From NCBI RefSeq assembly GCF_018350175.1, contig NC_058375.1, positions 62,001 through 126,000 of the forward strand: a DNA stretch of 64,000 nucleotides, written 5' to 3'. Position numbers and translations under genes: made by a program. Shown here piece after piece: positions 1 through 9,482 of the stretch (the stretch's first letter is position 1; each line of letters begins with the position of its first letter). The notes beneath the pieces are model-generated. The model did no database searches, had not been told where the DNA came from, and worked only from the letters and a program-made list of their open reading frames with translations. The stretch comes from Felis catus. Its lineage: Eukaryota.

Positions 1-2922
1 GTGGCTGCTTCTGGGGTGGGCTTGGAGTGGCCAAGGCCACTGCCATCCCCTTCCCATAGGAGCAGAAGCAGGAGGACAGTCACGGATGTGCAGGCCTCAT
101 AGAGGCTCAGAAATGCACATCGTGAATGGCTCACTTGAGGGCAGGGACACGCTCTACATGCATGAAAGTGCCCACCGACCCCATGGAGCACAGGCGCCTG
201 GAGGAAGGGGGTCCGTCACCTAAGAGAGGGGGCATCTCTGCAGGGGTGAGGCAGGAGGGTGCTAGCTCAGAAGCTCCTGGGGTCATCTCAGAGGGACGGC
301 TCCTGGGGGCAGCAGGAGCTCAGAAGGAGGGAGCAGCTGGGGGACACCGCGCCGCCCCCCCCAACAGAGGAGTAGGCCAGAGGGGACTTGGCCACAAGGC
401 TTTGCTGCAGAGAATGGGGCATGGCTGAGCTTCGGCTAAAGGGGAGGTAAGAGGAGCTGGCAGGGGCCCCTCGCAGTCCTACGGACCCTGGACAGGGAAG
501 TTTCCGGCAGTGGCTACAGCTCTCAGAAAGGCTGGGGAGAAGACGGTCATCCCCCATTAGTGCCCCCAGGCGTGCCTGTGCCTGGGAAGGCCTTTGTGGG
601 GTGGGTGTGAGGGGGCTGCTTCTGGAGCCTTGTTGGAGGCGGCTGAGCAGGCAGCTGATAAAATCTAATTGCCCCATCGATCGGGCGGAGCTGCGGGAGC
701 CACACGGTGATTGAGATATTCTAAGCCAGCAGGCCCTCCCCATGCTGCCCGTACACATGGAGACCTCCCCACGGTACACAGCACGAGTGTGCATGTGTGC
801 CCTGCTCCCAGCTGGGGCTGCATGCCTGGGGCCTTCGCGTGGCCCTGCACCCAGCTCACACCCCGTGTCTGGGTGTCACCGTGCCACACACCTGTGTCCT
901 CACTCTCACTTTATGCTGAGACGGGCGTACAAGAGTGTCAGGGGTCACAGGTGCTCTGCATGGAGTGTCACATGTGTGCGCTGTGCCCAGGTTTTGTCAG
1001 AGTTTGCCCTCTCCTCGGGGCTGCAGTCCCCCATTGGCTTCCACTTGTGCCTGTGGGCCCTTGGGTGCAGACATTTGCCTGCCGTCACCTCCTCTTGCTT
1101 CTCCGGGAGTCGCTTGTCAATCTTATTCCCACAACCCCAGCCCTGGTCCTTCCCTGGATCCTAGACAGGAAGGGCAGTGGAGGACTGTGAGGGGCTCAGC
1201 TGGGGTCCATGCTGGCATCTTACGACTATGTGTGTGGGTCTATGAGTGAGTGTGGCCCTCATCAGGGACTGGTGGGCCCCCAGATCTCCATGGCGGGATC
1301 TTACTGTAGTCACAGGGCTGAGTCTCACTGTGGGCCCTTCTGCCTCCAGCAGCACCTCCCCCAGACAGAGGGGAGCCTTCATCCCCCAAGAGAAAGGGGA
1401 AGGGGAGGTTCCACTGTGGAAAATGGGAAACAGAACTCAAGGAAGTGAGGGTGCTGGGTTCTTTGCTAAACCCAGAAGGGGTGTATGCAGGATGGGGTGT
1501 GGACCCAGCCCAAAGCCACTTCCAGGCCCAGCACAGCTGGATGTCTGAGGCCCCAAGGCTGTTGGGGGCTGGCCCTCAGGCTGGTTGTGCCCCCTACCTG
1601 TCCTGCCAGGTCACTGAGGTGGGGACCCTTCAACCAAGCAGTGAGGACCTCGTCTCCCAGGGCAGGGGTTGGGCTGCTGAGCCCAGGCCAGTGGCAGCGA
1701 GGTGGCTGAGATCAATAAGTTATTAGCACCATTCTGTCAGCTGTAAAGTGGAGATTGATCGGCCTCTCACTGCTGCCGCACTTCCCCGGCCTGATAAAAA
1801 TGACAGATTAAGGGAATAAGAGAAAGGAATTAGGCTCTGGGAATTAGGCTTCTGGGAAGCCTGCCTTGCTGAGGTGTCATGGCAGGCCTGGTTCACAGAG
1901 GGGGTAGCCCCCTCACCCCACCCACCCAGGCGGCCTCTCAGGTCAGAGAGGGGGCCAGAGCACAGGATCTGGCCTGGAGGCCAGCACTGGGGTGGTCCCA
2001 GGAGAGCAGGGCATCTGCTGAGCTGTTCAGCAGAGACCCCCACCCCAGGCCCTGAGCTCAGGAAGGAGGGATTAGGGCCTGGGATGGAAAGGGGCTGCCT
2101 TGGGGAGACAGATGAGTATGTTTTAGATGTAGGACCTGAGAGAGGCCTTCGGGAGAGAAGCTGCCCCTCCCCCCACTACTATGGCCAGGCTGTGTAGAGC
2201 AGGTGAGACTGCTCAGGGGTGCCCTCAGGAGCTCAGAGCCCAGGTAGGCAGGTAGGCAGGTGTGTGGCCGGAAAGGCCAGGGTGCTGGCTCAGGCCTTCT
2301 GAGGGCAGTGAGGGGTGTGGCCTTGGTGGAGGTACCCAGGAGTTGGTGTGGCAGGTGTGCCTGACCTTGGAGGCTTCAAGGTGGCCTTGGGGGCCTGCTG
2401 CCTAGGGACTTCGCTGAGCAGGTAGAGGATAGGGGAGGTAAAGTGGCTTCCGGTCTAAACCAAAGCCTTCCATTCCCCTTTAGCAGAATGACCAGGAGGG
2501 GCCATTACTTTGTACAGGAGACTAATCTGGCTGGGTAGGGGCAGCAGGGTGCCTGTGGGGTCCTGAGTTGCCACCTGAGCTGTTAACCACAAACCTCCTG
2601 TCACATACGCCAAAGCCCAGGATCAGAACTGTCCCTTGACCTGTCCAAAGCCTGGCAAGATGTCCTTTGGGAGCCTGGGCTGGGAAAGGCTTTGACCTGG
2701 CCAGGATCCAAGGGCACCTGAGCAATGATGGATTTGGTTCCCCAGCATCTCTACCATCTGGGCCTCCCCATGGCACGATCCCCTACCCACGTGTGCTAGG
2801 CTCTGAGCTGAGGTTGGCAGGGACCGAGGCCTGGGCTGGGTCCCTCCCTGCCCCTGGCCTTCCCAGCCTCCATCCCCTCCAAGCCCTGAGACACAGGGCG
2901 GGGCTCACTCTACCTCCCCCAG

Positions 2923-5900
2923 GTGACCTGTTGGGCAAGAGGCCAGGCCGCACCCCCCACGTCAGCGGTGAGTGCCCACTGGAGAAGAAGGCACGAAGCA
3001 AGCCACCCCAAGGTGGGAACTCAACTTCAAGGTGGAGGGACAGGTCCCAGAGGAGGGAGGGGGTAACTCAGACCCTGCCACGGCAAAATCAGCCCCACAG
3101 CAGGGTCTAAGAGGGGAGGCTCTGCTTCTCTCCCATGGTGACATCTGAAGGAGAATCCCTTTACCTTATGCTCCTGCCAACACAGAGACTCTGTTGCTGC
3201 CAGAACTAGGGCCCAGCATGGCCCCTGAGGATCACTACCGCCGGCTTGTGTCTGCCCTGAGTGAGGCCGGCACCTTTGAGGACCCGCAGCGTCTCTACCA
3301 CCTGGGCCTCCCCAGCCACGGTATGTGCCCCCTCCCCATGGCACGATCCCCCACCAAGTGTCTACCCACATGTGCTAGGCTCTAACTATCCCTGGAGGCC
3401 TCTGCTCAGTGTGAAAAGAGGCCCTGGGGTCTTTGGCTGCTAAGACCAAATCTGGGTCTGGATGTGGGTCTGTAGGCCCCTCGGTCCCTACAGGCCCCTT
3501 GTAGGTGGGCAATGAGGAGTCACTCTCCTCCCCTTCTGCCCAGGCAGCCACTTGCCTGGGCAGATGTGGGGGATCCCCCACCTGCATACCCCACTGTCTC
3601 CCAGACTGTCTAGCAGAGCCATGCCTCACTTGTGACACGCAAACACTGTCATTTCACAGACACAGAAAACAGAGTCTGAGGTGAACCCCGGTGAGAGTGG
3701 GAGGTGGGGACTGAACCAGGCCCACCTGCTTCTCTCCAGTACATGCAGCTTCTCTTTGTCCCCGGGTCTATATGCTGTAGTCCTTCCTACTCCAGCTGTC
3801 AGGGCCATGTGTGCGATTGTGCTAGCCACCTCACCTGGGGGTCAGCCTGGGTCTCTAGGTGGGAGGGGCCAAGAGGAGGGGAGTAGTCAGGCTAGGACAT
3901 CCAGAAGGCAGGATGGGCGGCAGTTGGGATGTGGCTACCAGGACCTCACCGGTGCTCAGGAGAAGCTCCAGCTGGAGGCGGGGACCCTGCCCCACCCGGT
4001 TCCCCACCCTGTGCTCTGTCCATCTGTCCTTCCTGCCTCTCATGGACACACCTCACCCACCCACCATCTGGCACCCTGACCGGCTGCACCTTGGCCTGGC
4101 AGACCCCAGCCCACGGTGCTGCCGCTAGCTTGGCTTTTCTGGCTGGAGGTGGGTGAGGGGTGCTGGGAAAGGGGGCAGGATTTCTTCTCCTTACACAAGG
4201 CACTGTCCCCCAGGGCAGTCAGGCACCGAGAGCCTGAATAATTCACCAAATGTTAATAATTTAAAAATCTTCCTTTTTAATTGCTTTCCCTGCCCTGCCT
4301 GGGGCCCCGCTCGGCTGGCCTGCGCGGGGGAGGGGGCGCCGGCCACCGGGGAGCAGCACCGGGAGCGGGGCTGTCAATCATGGCCCTGCGCCGCCGCCCC
4401 CGCCGCGGAGCCGACTGTAAATAACCGAGGCCGTCGGGCGGGCGCGGGGGCGAGGGGCCCCGCTGGGATCGATGCAGGCGGCCGCGCCGGCTGGGCTCTG
4501 CGGGCTGGCACCCGGCCCGGGCAGGGCCCACCTCCGCTTTTCGGGTAATTAATTTATAAACAGGCGGCGGCGGCGGCCACGGCTGGGGCTGCGCAGGGCG
4601 GTGTGGGGGGGGGGGGGCGGGGGGATGGGGGGGAGGGTGACGGTGGGAGTGGGGGAAGACTCAGAGGCCCGGCCGAGCAGGATGGAGGGACCCGGATGGG
4701 GAGCAGAGGGCTAGACTCCTCGAGTGTGCACGGAGTGTTACGGGAAGGAAGTCACCTGGGCATCGTCTGTCCAGGGCTAGAGACCCATCCCCCCACGCCT
4801 CCAGGAGCAGGCCTGCCTGAGGATCCCTCACTCTTGGGTCTTTGCACAACACCATCCCTCAAGGCCCCCTGCAGCCTTGATCTCCATAACCTCTGAACTG
4901 TCAATATCAACATTCAGAGGCCACAGAAGCCCCTGAAAGGGAGGCCTTCCCCTCCATCCCACTGCATCTTGGTTACTGGCATCCCCACATCCCTTTCAAT
5001 GCTAACCTGCCCCTCTCTCAATACAGGTGGGTGCCTCCCAACCCCCACTCCCAGCGCCATACAAAGCTAGCGGTACTGTTAAGGGTTTGGTCTCCCCTGC
5101 CCTGTGGCCTTCTGTTCATCTTTCCGTCCCCATGACCAAACGGCAAGGTCGCTCTGAGGACATGCTCTCATCAGCACCTGGTCTCCTTGGTGTCCTTGGC
5201 CAGTGTCCTATGTTCACCAGCCCTGGGGGAGTCTGGCCTCTAGACCACCACTGACCATCCTCACCCCCCCCCCAACCCCCCCAGATCTCCTGAGGGTCCG
5301 GCAAGAGGTGGCAGCAGCATCTGTGAGGAGCCCCAGTGGCCTGGAAGTCCACTTACCCTCATCCACGGCAGGTCAGCGCCGAAAGCAGGGCCTGGCTCAG
5401 CACCGAGAGGGCACCGTGCCAGCTGGCACCCCATCCTTCTCAGAGAGGTACTGGGTGCCCACATCAGAAAAGGCCCCATATTCTCTTTGCTGGCTTCTCA
5501 GATACACCTAGCACCTGGTTTCTGCAGGTCACGTCCACAGCCTGCATCTGCCCTCAGTCGTGCACACACTCTCCTCCCCCGCCACAGTCACACGCAGCCA
5601 TGTTGGTACAGAAAGTGTGCCAGGCAGTGTGCTGGCCCTAGGTTCATGGTCTGACCCCCGAGTTGGTCAGAGGCCTAGAACACTCCTGGAATAGAATGTG
5701 GGGGGGGGGGTGCGGGGGGGGGCGACCCCTCCTCTGGGCAGGGTGCTAAGGGTGATGGCACTTTCTGTTGAGCAACTGTGGGACTGGCTGAATCCAGGTG
5801 CTCCAGAAACAGCTGAGGGCTTTGCTCCCCCCAACAGGTAGGTGTGGGGGCTAGAGGCAGATTGGGGGAGTCCGTGGAGAGGAGGGTGTGGAGGGGGCAG

Positions 5901-8779
5901 AAGGCAGAAGATGGGAGCAGTGCGAGGCCTGGAAACCTTGAAGTCAGCCGAGAGCTGGGGAAGGGAGCCTTCCCCCCCTCCCCCCCCTCCCCCCCCCCCC
6001 CCCCCCCCCCCCCGCCCGCCCGCCCTCCGTCCACCTGCAGAGGCCAAGGGGTGAGCGAGCTAGGGGGCGGGAAGGGCTGTGGCGGCTCTCGGTGGTCTCC
6101 AGCCGGGCCCCAGGGTACAACCCCCAACAACGCCGAGCCCCCAGCCCTCCGCACCGCCCCCCCCAACGGAGCGCTATTTGCAGCTGCCTCCACCGCCTCC
6201 AGGATTGCAGCTAATTGCGCCCCCGCCCCCCTAGCCGCCCAGGGTCCGTGGGGAGCGGGGAGGCGGGGGCCCGGCGCGCCCCGCGCGGTAATTACCGCTG
6301 CAGTCGCCGCCGCCCGCCGGGTCAGCGCCTCCGCGCCGCCGCCGAGATTAATTGGCGCCGCCAGCCGGGGGCGGGGGCGGCGCGCGACCCGGAGCCGTAA
6401 CGAGCGGTGCATCGACCGCCCGCGGGGCCGGCAATTAGTAGAGGCGGCGGCGGCGGCGGCGGCAAGGGGGGTGGGGCGCAGGGCAGTTACGGGAATAGAG
6501 GGGGCGCGCGGGGCCGGGGCCTGCGGCGCGCACTCTTACCGCCCCGTCGTCCACAGGGAACTGTCGCAGCCGCCCCCGTTGCTGTCGCCCCAGAATGCCC
6601 CTCACATCGCCCTGGGCCCCCACCTTCGGCCTCCCTTTCTGGGGGTGCCCTCGGCCCTGTGCCAGACCCCAGGTGAGGAGTAGGCGGGTGCGCGACCCTG
6701 TCCTGAGGGGCTCGTGAGCGCGCACGCCGGGAGGCCTTTGGTGTGGGTGCACCCGGGTTTGCCTATGACCGACCCGGTTTCCACGAGGGCTTCCGTAGTA
6801 CCAACCCTCGCCCCTGCCGAAGCCAAGGACGGACCAGGTGGGCTTGGGCGGCCCTAGACCACTCGGCCACCTGGCCTCGTGGTCTGTCCCCTTCCCACCA
6901 GGTTACGGCTTCCTGCCCCCTGCCCAGGCGGAGATGCTCGCCCGGCAGCAGGAGCTCCTGCGGAAGCAGAACCTGGCCCGGTAGGTGCCGTGGCGACCGG
7001 TGAGGAGGAGGTGGCCCTGCGGAGCCACATGACCCACACTACTGTCTGCTTTTCCTGGTCCAGACTGGAGATGTCGGCAGAGCTGCTGCGTCAGAAGGAG
7101 CTGGAGAGCGCGCACCGGCCGCAGCTGCTGGCGCCCGAAGCCGCCTTGCGCCCCGCCGACGGCGCCGAGGAGTTGCAGCGGCGCGGGGCCATGCTGGTGC
7201 TGAGACACAGCTCCGCGCCGCTGCTGGCCCTGCCCCCCCAGGGACCCCCGGGCCCCGGCCCACCCACCCCTCCCCGGGAGCCTGTCCGCCGAGCCCCTCG
7301 GAAGGGGGGACCCAGCCCTGCCTCAGCCCACTCCAGTGAGTCCAAGGAGACCACGGGGGCTGGGCTCTGGGCACAAGATGGCTCTGAGGATGAGCCCCCA
7401 AAGGATTCAGAAGGAGAGGACCCTGAGATGGTGGCCGCCGGGGGCCAGGGCCCCACCCTGGGCCAAGCCCCAACTGGAGGGGCCAGCCCTGAGGGGAAGG
7501 GGCTTCTCTCAGGGTCCATGCTGCCCCCTCCACTGCCCCTGGGCTTACCCTACGCCGTCAGCCCCTACTTCCACACAGGTGGGCATCCCCTCTCCATGCT
7601 TTAGATCCCTCCATGGGGTGGAAAGAATCCTAGCTCCCCTTCTGCGCCCCCTCCCCCCACCACGCCCTGGGTCTTAGGGAGGGTGTCCATGGGAAGAAAA
7701 ATCCTTTTTAGTGTTCAGTCCAACATCTCTGAACATTTTGGGCAAAGGTCAGCAGACAGGGGTGGGAGCCTAGGAAAGAGCTGGCCATAGTCCTAGTAAT
7801 ACCACCCCCCCCCCAACCCAGGCACCATGGGGGGACTCTTCATGGATGGGGAGGAGGCCACAGCCCCTGAGGACCTCAGCAAGTGGACAGTGGACGATGT
7901 CTGCAGCTTTGTGGGGGGCCTTTCTGGCTGTGGAGAATATGCACCGGTGAGGGGGGTGGGGGGACACCTTCCTGAGATGGTTCCGAGCGCCTCTCCCCGC
8001 CCCTCCCCATCTCCCCTCCTCAACAGTGTGTGGGGAGGAGGGGGATGCTGTTGCATGCTTCCCCCTGCCCTGTGCCGCGTCAGTGCCTCTGCCTCCAACA
8101 CTGGCACGTACACGCTCAACACACAGACCTTCCTTCCATTTGCAAGCTTTTCTGGCACACTGTGCCAGCAGCTTCCCTTGGCCCTGCTCTCGCTGGAAAG
8201 CCTTGGGGCAACCCCAGACACTCAGTATTTGGTGGGCTGGAGGGACTCAGCAGGGCGGGCGGGCACTGGTCCCAGCACTCAGGCCCGGACCTCTGCCCGC
8301 CCCCAGGTCTTCAGAGAACAGGGGATCGACGGGGAGACCTTGCCCCTGCTGACAGAGGAGCACCTCCTGACCACCATGGGGCTGAAGCTCGGGCCTGCTC
8401 TCAAGATCCGGGCCCAGGTGAGTGCCAGCTGGGGGCAGCAGTCTCCACACAATGGTGGGTCAGCACTGAGGCTCTTTGTGGCTGCAGGCCAGCAACCCAG
8501 AAGGCCCCCCCACCCAGGCCCATCTCTCCGCAGGTGGCCAAGCGCCTGGGCCGAGTCTTCTACATGGCCAGCTTCCCTGTGGCTTTGCCACTGCAGCCAC
8601 CAACACTACGGGCCCCAGAGCGGGAGCTCACCTCTGGAGAGCAGGCCCTGTCCCCAGCATTGGCCCCTTCCCCCTATGGTGGGGGGCACCCCCCTGCTGG
8701 GAGAGCCTCGCCCAAGCAAGAGAACGGAACTGTGGCTCTACTCCCAGGGCCTGCAGACCCCTCCCAGCCTCTGTGCTAA
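2923..8779 (+). CDS. SAMD11: SAM domain-containing protein 11 (5'-partial; upstream exons lie outside the window)
   Basis: Exons 2923-3012, 3186-3320, 5285-5447, 6557-6672, 6902-6980, 7064-7578, 7822-7946, 8307-8417, 8534-8779 (TAA), all AG/GT bounded and phase-compatible. Translation includes GDLLGKR, APEDHYRRLVSALSEA, DLLRVRQEVAAA and the SAM domain KWTVDDVCSFVGGLSGCGEY..VFREQGIDGETLPLLTEEHLL..GLKLGPALKIRAQV, ending DPSQPLC*. Confidence 0.96.
4290..4620. promoter_or_regulatory. Intragenic CpG island in a SAMD11 intron
   Basis: Dense CpG/GC sequence flanked by AT-rich TAAT blocks. Confidence 0.7.
5990..7330. promoter_or_regulatory. Intragenic CpG island over SAMD11 intron and exons
   Basis: Very high CpG density, GCG repeats, interspersed TAAT motifs. 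Confidence 0.75.
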
Positions 8780-9326
8780 CGTGGTGGGTGGACCACCCTA
8801 ACCCCTAAGCCCTTCGGTGCCAGCAGCTCTGATACAAAGGACCCACTCCACAGCTTCTCTTCCTTTTGGTTTTGGATGCAAAAACAAAGATTTTTTTAAA
8901 GGAAAACATGACATCAAAGGAAAAGAGTTTCTGAAACTTTCTGGGAGTAGAGTCAGGTGCAGACAGCCTGGGGACCCAAACCTGAGCCCAGGCACAGGGA
9001 CTCTGCATCCTGGGTACCTGCAGACAAACCAAAGAATGACAGAGGAGGCGGAGAAGGCACATCATGCCACACTGGCCTTGGCCATGCCTGCTGGCCCTCT
9101 CTGGAACCGGGACAGTTCTCTGCGAGATTCTCAGCATCCTGCCATCGGGTGAGAGGTCAGGGCAGAGTCCCACTCCAGACCAGCTTCCCTCACGGGGCTG
9201 ATGTATCTAACCCAGCAGTGCGGTATGCACTGTGGGCAGGCTCCACGGTGCTGGTTTCCATCCCCACAGCCGCCACTCCAGGGATCTGCACAGGGCTCGG
9301 TACTTTCTGGTCTTTCATGTTGCGAA

Positions 9327-9332
9327 AATAAA
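9327..9332 (+). terminator. SAMD11 polyadenylation signal (AATAAA)
   Basis: First canonical AATAAA downstream of the SAMD11 stop codon (8779). Confidence 0.7.
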
Positions 9333-9482
9333 GCCCAGTCCACCATCTACTGCCCTCCCCCGCACCGCGCAGGCCCTGGCCTCGGGTCTCAGCACCGGCC
9401 AAGAAGACACAAGCCTGGCTGCCTGGTAAGGTGGGAACACTGCACGGCAGTCCCCGCAGGCCCCGCCCCAGGCCAGCAGCCC

